Source of the DNA: Fibrobacteria bacterium
GTDB taxonomy: Bacteria > Fibrobacterota > Fibrobacteria > UBA11236
Assembly: GCA_041746255.1 (NCBI GenBank)
Contig: JBGTHM010000119.1
Location: forward strand, 1-39,982
Length of the DNA: 39,982 nt
Direction of reading: 5' to 3'
Each line of letters starts with the position of its first letter. Within the stretch, counting starts at the first letter, position 1. This document shows positions 30,142 through 38,839 of the stretch, piece after piece. The notes below the pieces were generated by a model, which worked only from the letters and a program-made list of their open reading frames with translations, was not told the DNA's origin and did no database searches. The position numbers and the translations under genes are program-made.

Positions 30142-30747
30142 CTATTTATCCAGCAACCGCATGAGGGTGGCTTGGTTGGTTTCCATGGCCGTGGCCATGG
30201 CCTCAAGCGAATTTTCCTGCATGGGAGAGCCTAACCGCAGCCAGATACGGCTGAAGGGCAGGGGGATTAGGCACCGATCCCAGCTCCCGAGGCGAAAGGA
30301 CCTCTCGGCATGGACGGCAACCGGAACCCAGGACGCCTGTCCCAAGGCGGCTAAACGGCCGGCACCGGGTTTCGGGTGGTGATAGGGCCCCCTGGGCCCA
30401 TCCAGCGCCATACCGGCCATGCCTCCGGCCTGCAAGGCCCGGGTCAGCCCCCGTAGGGCAAAACCTCCCCGGCTGGATGAGCCTCGAAATACCCGGTACC
30501 CCATTTTTTCCAGAACCGAGGTCGCTAATTCGCCGTCGGCGCTTTGGGAGACCAGGACGGCGATGTCGCGGTGGGCGAAGGCCCGGGCAAGGATGGGAAG
30601 GTGTTCATGCCATAAAATGAGAACGCACGGTTTAAGCAGGGGGATGCCGGGACCCTCGGCCATATCGGTGGATTGCCAATGTAACCGCAACGTGGATAGC
30701 CAGCACAAGCCTCCGAAAGCGGCGGCTGGAATAAGTCGGGGATGCAT
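30142..30747 (-). CDS. DUF374 lysophospholipid acyltransferase family protein (LpxJ-like)
   Basis: ILWHE, VSQSADGE, RGSSSRGG, ALDGPRGP, SWDRCLIPLPFSR. Confidence 0.88.
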   Translation of the reverse strand: MHPRLIPAAAFGGLCWLSTLRLHWQSTDMAEGPGIPLLKPCVLILWHEHLPILARAFAHRDIAVLVSQSADGELATSVLEKMGYRVFRGSSSRGGFALRGLTRALQAGGMAGMALDGPRGPYHHPKPGAGRLAALGQASWVPVAVHAERSFRLGSWDRCLIPLPFSRIWLRLGSPMQENSLEAMATAMETNQATLMRLLDK

Positions 30748-30784
30748 GTTGAAGGGCCGGGTCTATGGACTCGTATTGAGACGC

Positions 30785-31138
30785 TTATCCAAGCCCATTT
30801 TCGGGAAGGGTATCTTCGGACGGGTAGGGTGGAGCGGCCAGAACTTGAGCGGCTTTTACGCCGGTTTCGGAATTCAGAAAAGCCCGGAGGAAAATCTCAC
30901 GCCGAAATTCGCTACGGTGATCTTCACAGAACTTGGGGTAGATCACCTGGTTGGGAATCAACACGATTTCGAATTTACGCAAGCACCCCATTAAAGTGCA
31001 TCCGCAGCTTTTTTTCACCGCCGACCTGAAGTTATGCAGCATGATTTGATTATGCTTGCGCACACGATTGAGCAATTGGCTTTCGGGCAAAGCCAATTGG
31101 GCCACTAAGGCCTTTTCCACGTTTCCTTCGCGTGTCAT
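30785..31138 (-). CDS. Small hypothetical protein with a C-x4-C...C-x2-H putative metal site
   Basis: CTLMGC...YPKFCEDHR; GAGGTG upstream of ATG 31138; fills the gap in a minus-strand gene run. Confidence 0.6.
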   Translation of the reverse strand: MTREGNVEKALVAQLALPESQLLNRVRKHNQIMLHNFRSAVKKSCGCTLMGCLRKFEIVLIPNQVIYPKFCEDHRSEFRREIFLRAFLNSETGVKAAQVLAAPPYPSEDTLPENGLG

Positions 31139-31359
31139 AAGATTAAGTATCACCTCTCGCCTGCGAATTGTCTAGCTGTTTTTGGAGCTCATTTAGAATA
31201 TAACCAAGAAGAGAGGGAAAAGTCCCGCAGGCCTTGCTGCATAGGCGTCAATGAGCATCGAACTTGCATTTTGCCAGCGATTTCGCTTGACATGTGGCGA
31301 GGGAAGCGCTACCGCAAAGGCAACGCTTCCGTAGCCGTATTTTAATACATTCTCCCGCC

Positions 31360-31980
31360 ATGACCACGAATCAAATTCTCATCCTTATTCTGATGCCCTT
31401 GGTTTCGGGGGCCATCGGTTGGTTCACCAATCTGCTGGCCGTGAAAATGCTGCTTCGCCCGCGCCAGCCTATTTTTGTATTGGGGTTGCGCATCCAGGGT
31501 TTGTTGCCGCGCCGGCAGCCGGAACTCGCCGAGCGTATTTCCGAAGCCATCTCCAAACAGTTTTTCACCGAAGACGACATCGTGCAACTGCTTAAGAGGG
31601 TGGATCCGGTGGACGCGCTTCGCAATCTCATCGTCTCGAAATGGGACGATAAAATCGGTGAGATTCTGGAAACCATGCCCTTCATCCAGATGTTCCTGTC
31701 ACCGGATAAGTTGCTGGAAATCCGCGATCGCATCGCCGCCGCCGTCTCGGGCGAGAGCGAAGCCTTTATCCGTTTTCTCGGACACTCGCTGGAGGGTAAG
31801 CTGGATTTGAAGGAAACGATTCGCGTGAAAATCCTGGCTTTCGACCTCGAAAAGCTGGATGGAATCATCCACGACATCGCGCGCCGCGAGTTCCGCGAAA
31901 TCGAATTCTTCGGCGGCTTGGTGGGCTTTCTAATCGGCTTGGCGCAGGCCGTGATAGTAATCTGGGTGTTACCCCAGTGA
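31360..31980 (+). CDS. DUF445 family membrane protein
   Basis: MPLVSGAIGWFTNLLAVKMLLRP, QGLLPRR, EIEFFGGLVGFLIGLAQ. Start set at ATG 31360. Confidence 0.88.
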   Translation: MTTNQILILILMPLVSGAIGWFTNLLAVKMLLRPRQPIFVLGLRIQGLLPRRQPELAERISEAISKQFFTEDDIVQLLKRVDPVDALRNLIVSKWDDKIGEILETMPFIQMFLSPDKLLEIRDRIAAAVSGESEAFIRFLGHSLEGKLDLKETIRVKILAFDLEKLDGIIHDIARREFREIEFFGGLVGFLIGLAQAVIVIWVLPQ

Positions 31981-32859
31981 AACCTGGCAGGCGGGGCAGT
32001 GAACCGTCCCTCGTTGCGCCACCACGGTTTTAAGCATGGATTCCCCGCATTTCTTGCAGGGTTTTCCGGCTCTTCCATAGGCCAACAGGCGCTCATAATT
32101 GGATCCGGAAGAACCGTCGGGTTTACGATAATCCGAAAAAGAAGTGCCTTGAAACCGGACTCCCTTCCGCAAAACCGTTTGTGCCGCTTTGATTAATGCC
32201 ATCCGAAGCTGCGGGGAAAGGGCGCGCACGGGGGTTTCGGGATGGATTCGGCTTAAAAACAAGGCTTCATCCGCATAGATATTTCCGATTCCCGCCAGAA
32301 AGGATTGGTCCAGCAGCAGGGCTTTTACCGGGCGGAGGCTATTTTTGGGAAAGGGGAGACCAGCCAGGGCCTTACCCTTCAATTCGAGCGGTTCCGGGCC
32401 TAAAAGGGCGATACGCGGGTGAAGACGCCAGTTCCCGTCCTTTATCCAAATCAGTTTTCCGAAAGTGCGGGGGTCGCGGAACAGGATAGCGTCTCCGCCC
32501 TTGAGTTCCAAGACGAGGTGGGTATGCTTATCGATGGGATGGGCGCCCATGGGTTTTTCCAAACCGGTCAGAGTTCTAACGAAGCGGGAGTCTTTGGGAG
32601 CCCCTTTGGCCGCGAAGGTCAATTGTCCGGTCATTCCCAGGTGGATAATCAGCGCCCCATGATCCATTTCGGCCACCATGTACTTCCCTCTGCGGACCAA
32701 CCGTCGGAGAGTATTTCCGGTTAATGCCAGCTTCAAGGCTTGGGGAGAAGCCCCCGATAGCATGCGGGGCAACCGCAAATGGCCATGAGCGATGACACGA
32801 CCTTCGATTTGCGGGGCAAGTAGGGCGCGAATGGTTTCGACTTCTGGGAGTTCGGGCAT
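31969..32859 (-). CDS. mutM: Formamidopyrimidine-DNA glycosylase / AP lyase
   Basis: N-terminal MPELPEVE (ATG 32859), RRGKY, HLGMTG, DPRTFG, LLDQSFLAGIGNIYADEAL, zinc finger CKKC...CPACQ. Confidence 0.97.
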   Translation of the reverse strand: MPELPEVETIRALLAPQIEGRVIAHGHLRLPRMLSGASPQALKLALTGNTLRRLVRRGKYMVAEMDHGALIIHLGMTGQLTFAAKGAPKDSRFVRTLTGLEKPMGAHPIDKHTHLVLELKGGDAILFRDPRTFGKLIWIKDGNWRLHPRIALLGPEPLELKGKALAGLPFPKNSLRPVKALLLDQSFLAGIGNIYADEALFLSRIHPETPVRALSPQLRMALIKAAQTVLRKGVRFQGTSFSDYRKPDGSSGSNYERLLAYGRAGKPCKKCGESMLKTVVAQRGTVHCPACQVSLG

Positions 32860-32964
32860 GTTGGGGAGGTCTGGTCTTTTTTGCTTTCCACACTGGAATA
32901 GCGGCGTTAAAATAGTAAACTTCGCAGTACCGCTCCGGATTTGGGCGGAGTGAAAAGTTTGCAT

Positions 32965-34800
32965 ATGACCAAATCGCAATCCCCTTCCGCCTCCCCTAAA
33001 ATGTGGGTCAAAACTCAGGTGCTTTCCCTGCGCCTGCCTCCGGAGGGTTTTCGCCTGGTTTCCGGCGCCGCGCTCAAGGCGGTGGACGTGGCCTATGAAG
33101 TCTATGGAAACCTGGATCCGGACAAGAAGAACGCGATTCTAATCTGTTCGCCCTTGACAACCGATGCCCATGCGGCCGGTTGGCATAGCGAGGAGGACAA
33201 GCGTCCGGGCTGGTGGGACGATTTGATCGGACCCGATAAAGCCATCGACACGAACCGATATTTCGTAATCGCTTCCAATATGCTGGGCGGCTGCCGGGGA
33301 ACCACGGGGCCGGCTTCACTTGACCCCGACACCGGAAAACCGTATGGGTCGACCTTCCCGAAAATTACCGTGGAAGACATGGTCAACGTGCAAAAGCTGT
33401 TGGTCGAGCAACTGGGTATCGAGGTATTGGAGGCGGTAATCGGCGGCAGCATGGGAGGTATGCATGCGTTGCAATGGAGCACTTCCTACCCGAATCAGGT
33501 ACGGAAATGCATTTGCATCGCGGCGGCGGCCTGCCTTTCGGCGCAAGCCTTGGGTTTCGAAGTGATCGGACGCAAGGTTATCGTGAACGATCCCGATTTC
33601 GCGGGGGGCGATTATTACGCCGAGGGCAAAGTACCCGGCCATGGCCTGGCTTATGCGCGTATGATTGGTCATTTGACTTATCTCTCGGCCATCAGCATGC
33701 ATGAAAAGTTCGGACGCAGCCACCGTGAAGGTTTCGACGAAAGCCTTTTCGAAACGGGGTTCGAAGTCGAGAATTACCTGCAATACAAGGGGGAACAATT
33801 CGTCGAACGCTTCGACGCGAACTCCTATCTGCACATCACCTACGCCATGGACCGCTTCGATCTGGTCGAGCGCTACGGTTCTCTGCAAAAGGCTTTCGCC
33901 GCGTCGCAGTCGGAATTTTTGCTGGTGGCGCTCTCTTCGGATTGGCTTTTCTTTCCCGAACAAACGCGCGAGCTCGGCAAGGTATTGCTCGAATTGCAAA
34001 AGGTGGTTTCGGTGGTGGAGCTCGATTCGCCTTATGGCCACGACGCTTTTTTGCTGGAAGTGGAACACCTTTCGCAGGTAATTAACGGGTTTTTGGAAAA
34101 ACCCGCGTTTACGCAGGAGAAACCGACCCTATTGCAAGAACATTTGGCGCCCGCAAAGGCCGCGGAACCCGAGGGCGCGACGCTGCATCAGAAATGTTTC
34201 ACCTCGAAGGAGGACTACCGGCAACTGGAAAACCTGGTTCAGCCGGGAAGTTATGTCCTGGACATCGGCTGTGGGGATGGATCGTTGATCGATCATCTCT
34301 ACCATACGCACGCGGTGACGGGCATCGGCATCGATATCGATTTGCGGCATATCGTGGATTGCTTGCGCAAGAACGTGCCGGTGGTGCAAAGCGACGTGGA
34401 TGAAGGACTATCGCTCTTCCGGGACAAGGCTTTCGACTATGCGATTTTGAACCGGACCCTACCGGTGGTAAAAAAACCGGAATTGGTGTTGGGGGAAATC
34501 GTGCGGGTGGCGCGCAAAGCCATCGTAAGCTTCCCCAATTTCGCATGCATCGGCAATCGCGTGGGATTGGCGGTAAAAGGCGTTATGCCGGTAACGGAGT
34601 CGCTGCCCCACGATTGGCATGATACGCCCAACATCCATCTTTTCAGTTTGCGCGATTTCCAGGCTCTGTGCGAACGGCAAGGGGTGGTGATTGAAAGGCT
34701 CATAACGATATCCCATTCCTGGCCCTCGCGCCTGTGCCTGGCGCTGGGTTTGCCGAATCTCGGCGCGGATTTCGTGATCGCCGTGTTGTCTAAGCGGTGA
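32965..34800 (+). CDS. metX: Homoserine O-acyltransferase MetX fused to a MetW methyltransferase-like domain
   Basis: GWWDDLIGP, SNMLGGCRGTTGP, nucleophile GGSMGG, RFDANSY, SSDWLF, YGHDAFL; then VLDIGCGDG, IVSFPNF, WHDTPNIHLFSLRDF. Confidence 0.93.
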   Translation: MTKSQSPSASPKMWVKTQVLSLRLPPEGFRLVSGAALKAVDVAYEVYGNLDPDKKNAILICSPLTTDAHAAGWHSEEDKRPGWWDDLIGPDKAIDTNRYFVIASNMLGGCRGTTGPASLDPDTGKPYGSTFPKITVEDMVNVQKLLVEQLGIEVLEAVIGGSMGGMHALQWSTSYPNQVRKCICIAAAACLSAQALGFEVIGRKVIVNDPDFAGGDYYAEGKVPGHGLAYARMIGHLTYLSAISMHEKFGRSHREGFDESLFETGFEVENYLQYKGEQFVERFDANSYLHITYAMDRFDLVERYGSLQKAFAASQSEFLLVALSSDWLFFPEQTRELGKVLLELQKVVSVVELDSPYGHDAFLLEVEHLSQVINGFLEKPAFTQEKPTLLQEHLAPAKAAEPEGATLHQKCFTSKEDYRQLENLVQPGSYVLDIGCGDGSLIDHLYHTHAVTGIGIDIDLRHIVDCLRKNVPVVQSDVDEGLSLFRDKAFDYAILNRTLPVVKKPELVLGEIVRVARKAIVSFPNFACIGNRVGLAVKGVMPVTESLPHDWHDTPNIHLFSLRDFQALCERQGVVIERLITISHSWPSRLCLALGLPNLGADFVIAVLSKR

Positions 34801-35785
34801 AGCCGTAGGTCAAGCGTTTGATCCTGTCGGATATCAGATCCAGATATCGGGTTTGTGAGGGTGCTGATAGAAACGATTTTCGCATCATCGACTCGATGCG
34901 GGGAAACCCGGATGTGAATTTTTCCATGGCCTTCGCCACCCTATTCGATCGAATTCCCAATTTTTCCCCCAGGGCCGTAAAATCGTCCTTCGCGTAATAG
35001 GCGTTTGCTTGGTAACTTTTTGTTTCGAAGTCGCCTGTGAAAAGGTCCAGCGCGGTATCACCCGACTCGTTGGGCAAGTGGAGGCGTGTGTTCAACAAGT
35101 CATAGGCCGGAGTGAGGGTGTAAATCCCTTTTTCGGGATCCCGGAAAAGGGAGAAATTTTTCAGGTGGGCATCTCCATTGAGAATCAGGTAATTGAAAAC
35201 CACGAGTTCGAAGAACTTTTCCACTTCGACTGCGTAGGGACCGACGAATTTCCGCATGAGTTCCGCAATTTCTTGGTAGCTTCCGTCATATTTATAACCC
35301 TCACCGTGGGTATCCTCGGTTTTTTGGGATAGCTGGGCGAAGTCTTCCTGTAAAAATCGCATACCATCCCTTCCGCAATCGAATCTTCTGGTAAGATAGG
35401 CCGGTTCGCCGTCGTTGAAAAATACCAGACCGTTTTCGGCCACGTTGATTTTAAATACCTGTCGGGCTAATTGCATGGTAAAGTGTTCGTTTACCGGCAG
35501 TTCCGAAACGACATCGAAATTTTGAAACGGAATCGGTTTAAGGATGTATTCGCCGCCGTGATCGGTTAACTCAAGGGACCTCCCGGAAAGCTTTACGGAG
35601 TGTTTTATCTGCGCGCCACTGAGGGAGATTCGATGGGTTGGATCGTTTAGGGTCCGATTCAAATCGGGCCTGGAAAATGGGAGCGTAGGCGAAATTTTCT
35701 TACCGTCGAATAATCGGGTCAGGCAGTTCCTGCAATACCCTTCGCGCTGAGGCTTGAGACACCCTGGACAATTACCCCGTTGCAT
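34790..35785 (-). CDS. HipA-family kinase toxin lacking the N-subdomain (HipT-like)
   Basis: Gly-loop ISLSGAQIK, YILKP, NEHFTMQLA, YLTRRFD, QEDFAQL, NGDAHLKNFSL, LTPAYDL. Confidence 0.92.
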   Translation of the reverse strand: MQRGNCPGCLKPQREGYCRNCLTRLFDGKKISPTLPFSRPDLNRTLNDPTHRISLSGAQIKHSVKLSGRSLELTDHGGEYILKPIPFQNFDVVSELPVNEHFTMQLARQVFKINVAENGLVFFNDGEPAYLTRRFDCGRDGMRFLQEDFAQLSQKTEDTHGEGYKYDGSYQEIAELMRKFVGPYAVEVEKFFELVVFNYLILNGDAHLKNFSLFRDPEKGIYTLTPAYDLLNTRLHLPNESGDTALDLFTGDFETKSYQANAYYAKDDFTALGEKLGIRSNRVAKAMEKFTSGFPRIESMMRKSFLSAPSQTRYLDLISDRIKRLTYGFTA

Positions 35786-36107
35786 CTTCTTCCTGTACCG
35801 TTATTGCGCCGATGGTTTCCGTTCCTGCCGTCTTTACCAGTCGGGTAAAATGGTCCTTCCCGTCAATTTTCAGAAGTCGGCATTGCGTATTTTTGTTTAC
35901 CCCTTCGGCAAGTAACCCGAAGAAAAAGGGAAAAAGGTTGTCACTTCGGAATTCTTTTACGGTTTTAGGAAAAGTCAAACTGATTGGCGGCAAAGCGGGG
36001 TTGCGTAAGTATTCATCCTCATAGGCGAACATGAATTTTCCCCCCGATTTTATCAGCAGCCCGGCAGGCATCCCATTGTAAAAGACTCTTGCTCTGCGCT
36101 CTTTCAT
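35772..36107 (-). CDS. Stand-alone HipA N-terminal domain protein (HipS-like)
   Basis: ARVFYNGMPAGLL, FAYEDEY, PISLTFP, LFPFFFGLLAEG, TIGAITV; ATGA overlap with the HTH gene. Confidence 0.9.
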   Translation of the reverse strand: MKERRARVFYNGMPAGLLIKSGGKFMFAYEDEYLRNPALPPISLTFPKTVKEFRSDNLFPFFFGLLAEGVNKNTQCRLLKIDGKDHFTRLVKTAGTETIGAITVQEEDATG

Positions 36108-36334
36108 TGCTGGACCTCCTTCAGTTCCAGTTTCCATCCGAGTACCTGGATAATTTTGGTGATCTGGCTCCAGGTGGGATTGGCTTCACCTTTTTCCAAG
36201 GCTTTCAAGCTACGCAGCGAAACCCCACCTATTTGGGAAAGATCCTCTTGGGTGATGTCCAGAAGGAGTCGTCTTTTTTTGATCGCTTGCCCAAGCTCCG
36301 CTACGGATTTTGTGTGTGGTGCATTAAATCGCAC
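36104..36334 (-). CDS. XRE/HTH regulator (HipB-like)
   Basis: LGQAIKKRRLLLDITQEDLSQIGGVSLRSLKALEKGEANPT; GGAGG RBS before the GTG start. Confidence 0.9.
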   Translation of the reverse strand: MRFNAPHTKSVAELGQAIKKRRLLLDITQEDLSQIGGVSLRSLKALEKGEANPTWSQITKIIQVLGWKLELKEVQQ

Positions 36335-36476
36335 TTATTGCCTCCCAGCTTAATAAGAATCTACCATTATAATAGTAGAAGTGCAAAATAGTGCACTTTT
36401 ATTAAAAAAGAGGGCGCATTTGCGTTAATTTTCTCCAGATATGGGGATTTTAAATAAAAAGTGCATTAAAGTGCAC
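36319..36476. promoter_or_regulatory. Three palindromic operators GTGCA-N6-YGCAC and a TATAAT -10 box upstream of the hipB-like gene
   Basis: GTGCATTAAATCGCAC 36319-36334, GTGCAAAATAGTGCAC 36381-36396, GTGCATTAAAGTGCAC 36461-36476; minus-strand TATAAT at 36366-36371. Confidence 0.78.
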
Positions 36477-36505
36477 TAATTCTGGAGGGAGAAGTGGGGT
36501 CTGTG

Positions 36506-37660
36506 TCAGTTTAATTCCAGTTCCCGGATACGCTGCTTCGCCTCTGAATGTGCGGGCTCCACCTGGAATCGAATAGACCCCAGGCTGCGGCCGTCTTCGG
36601 CTTCGACCAGCACTTTCCACTCCGCCGGAAATACATTGCGCTTGAAAGTATAGCCGCGATAGCCGCTTTTGCGACCGCCTTGGATGGGAAAGCCGATGCG
36701 CGGAGTCGAGACCCACTTGCGCGTTTTGGCATCTAAATAAAACCAATGGTGGTAGAGCGTGGTGGAAATACCTTCGGGAAGAAAAACGGAGGTAAAGCAG
36801 TAAACCGGTTCCCCGGAAGTGAGGTAGACGGTTTTGGAAGACGTACGCCAGAACTCCCAGGGTTTGGGAAGCGCTATCTGGGCACGGTAGACACCTTCTT
36901 CGCGGACCAGTTCTCGGGCGATGACCATATTTTTTTTCACCAGGGGAACAGGTGGAATGGCTCCCGACATGAACAGGGCGATGAACAAGGCGGCTACCAG
37001 AAAGGGGGGCCAGAAGGGTATTTTGGCAGGGCCGGCGATTTTACGTAGCCCCCATACCAAACTCACCCCGAGCCCCGTGCTCAAGTAAAACCAGGCGGGG
37101 TGAATGCTGCGCAAAAGATGGGGAAGGGCGAAGTTGAGGAACAGGATGGCGCAGGCGCTGAAAAGACCCCAAGTAAGCGCTTGTCGACTGTAATGGTTGT
37201 GCAAAAATTCATTCAGGACCAGGAGGATGGCGAGTCCCGCGATGAGGAACAGGGCGGGAAGATCGCTCGCGCTTTTGAAATAAAAGATGATGAGGGCGCT
37301 AAAGAGTCCACCGAAAAGAAATTGCAGGGCGAGATGAGGCCAATTGGTGGGAATGCGCTTGAGGACCGAGAACCGTTCATTTAGAGTGGGTGCAGAGGAT
37401 TGTCTGTCTTCCAGTCCTTCGGAAAGAGCGAAGGGGAGGTCGGTGGCAGGTATTCTCCGCGCCGCGTATCTTTCGCGGCCTATGAGAAGCAGGGCAGCTG
37501 CGATTAAATAGGCCAAAAGGATAAAGAGATCCAAGGGCTCGATGGAGTTTCCGAGGGTGACGGCGTCCCAAAGAAAGCCGCCGGCGAAAAAGAGGCCGGG
37601 GAGAAAGCGACGGTACTTTTGCATAAGCCTGGAAGTTACAAATTCGATTCTGGGCCACAT
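36506..37660 (-). CDS. DUF2914-domain integral membrane protein
   Basis: LFFAGGFLWDAVTLG, QFLFGGLFSALIIFYFKSAS, IPPVPL, VYCFTSVFLP, LYHHW, GGRKSGYRGYTFK. The real start is ATG 37660 or 37624; the longer ORF is antisense to the desulfurase. Confidence 0.85.
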   Translation of the reverse strand: MWPRIEFVTSRLMQKYRRFLPGLFFAGGFLWDAVTLGNSIEPLDLFILLAYLIAAALLLIGRERYAARRIPATDLPFALSEGLEDRQSSAPTLNERFSVLKRIPTNWPHLALQFLFGGLFSALIIFYFKSASDLPALFLIAGLAILLVLNEFLHNHYSRQALTWGLFSACAILFLNFALPHLLRSIHPAWFYLSTGLGVSLVWGLRKIAGPAKIPFWPPFLVAALFIALFMSGAIPPVPLVKKNMVIARELVREEGVYRAQIALPKPWEFWRTSSKTVYLTSGEPVYCFTSVFLPEGISTTLYHHWFYLDAKTRKWVSTPRIGFPIQGGRKSGYRGYTFKRNVFPAEWKVLVEAEDGRSLGSIRFQVEPAHSEAKQRIRELELN

Positions 37661-37675
37661 TAGTACTTTTTTGCC

Positions 37676-38821
37676 ATGGGATCCCTTTATTTCGACCATA
37701 ATGCGACCACTCCCCTTCACCCTAAAGCAAGGGAGGCGATGTTGCAATGTCTGGACGCGGGTTTCGGAAATCCCTCGAGCTTGCATCGCGAAGGGAGGCG
37801 GGCACGGGAGTTCGTGGAAGAATCTCGCGAAATCCTGGCGGCGGTCCTGGGCGTAAAGGTGCCGGAAATCGTATTTACCAGCGGCGGCACCGAAGCCGAC
37901 AATCTGGCCCTCCGGGGCGTCATGGGTTCGGAAAAGGCCCGAGGCCGGCATATCATCACCACCGCCATCGAACATCCCGCGGTGCTGGCTACGTGCCGGG
38001 TTTTGGAAAATTCCGGGTGCAGTGTTTCGTATGTTTTGCCGGATGAAACCGGTGTGGTACCTGTGGAAGCGATAGCTGCGGAGATTCGCTCCGATACCGC
38101 TCTCATCTCCGTGATGGCGGCCAACAACGAAACCGGTTGTTTGCAGCCGGTGCGGGCAATCGGCGCCTTGGCCCGGGAAAAAGGCATTCCCTTCCATACC
38201 GATGCGGTGCAGGCCTTCGGTCGGGTAACGGGACTTTTACCCACCGAGATGGGATGTGATTTGCTCTCTTTATCCGCACATAAGCTTAGCGGACCCAAGG
38301 GAGTAGGCGCCTTATATGTTCGGAAGGGTATGGCTTTGGGCCCAATGCTTACGGGCGGTTCTCAGGAGCGGGAATTGCGCGGTGGCACCGAGAATGTGAT
38401 GGGTATAGTCGGATTCGCGCAGGCGGTGCAGGTGCTGAATGGAATGCACGTTGAGGAATCACAAAGGCTTTCTCGGTTGCGCGACAGTTTGGAGTCGTCC
38501 ATCCTTACGCGAATTCCGGGTACATCGGTGAACGGAGCTGGGGCGGAGCGGCTGGGGAATACAACCAGCATTGCTTTCGCGGGTTGTCGTGCGGATTTAT
38601 TGGTGATGGCGTTGGATTTGCGAGGCATATCCGTATCGGCTGGATCCGCATGCGCTTCGGGGACGGCGCGTCCTTCGCATGTGATAATAGCCATGGGCAA
38701 GGGGAAGGAAGCGGCCTTGTCTTCCTTACGGTTTTCGCTGGGGATGGGAAATGCGGAGGGGGATATCCCGGCGGTTGTGGAGTCTTTGGTGGAGGCTGTC
38801 CATGCCGCGCGGGAGGGTTGA
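37676..38821 (+). CDS. iscS: Cysteine desulfurase (IscS/NifS group I)
   Basis: YFDHNATTP, GNPSSLH, FTSGGTEADN, HTDAVQA, PLP lysine SAHKLSGPKG, catalytic SAGSAC. Confidence 0.92.
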   Translation: MGSLYFDHNATTPLHPKAREAMLQCLDAGFGNPSSLHREGRRAREFVEESREILAAVLGVKVPEIVFTSGGTEADNLALRGVMGSEKARGRHIITTAIEHPAVLATCRVLENSGCSVSYVLPDETGVVPVEAIAAEIRSDTALISVMAANNETGCLQPVRAIGALAREKGIPFHTDAVQAFGRVTGLLPTEMGCDLLSLSAHKLSGPKGVGALYVRKGMALGPMLTGGSQERELRGGTENVMGIVGFAQAVQVLNGMHVEESQRLSRLRDSLESSILTRIPGTSVNGAGAERLGNTTSIAFAGCRADLLVMALDLRGISVSAGSACASGTARPSHVIIAMGKGKEAALSSLRFSLGMGNAEGDIPAVVESLVEAVHAAREG

Positions 38822-38839
38822 GTAATCGCTCCGCATCTG

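Noticed and set aside
31302..31330. Hairpin GGAAGCG...CGCTTCC upstream of the DUF445 gene as a riboswitch or ncRNA
   Set aside because: Single short stem with a mismatched interior and no recognisable aptamer consensus.
37661..38197. 179-aa N-terminal extension of the DUF2914 ORF
   Set aside because: It is the antisense reading of the cysteine desulfurase gene; DUF2914-like sequence begins only near 37660.
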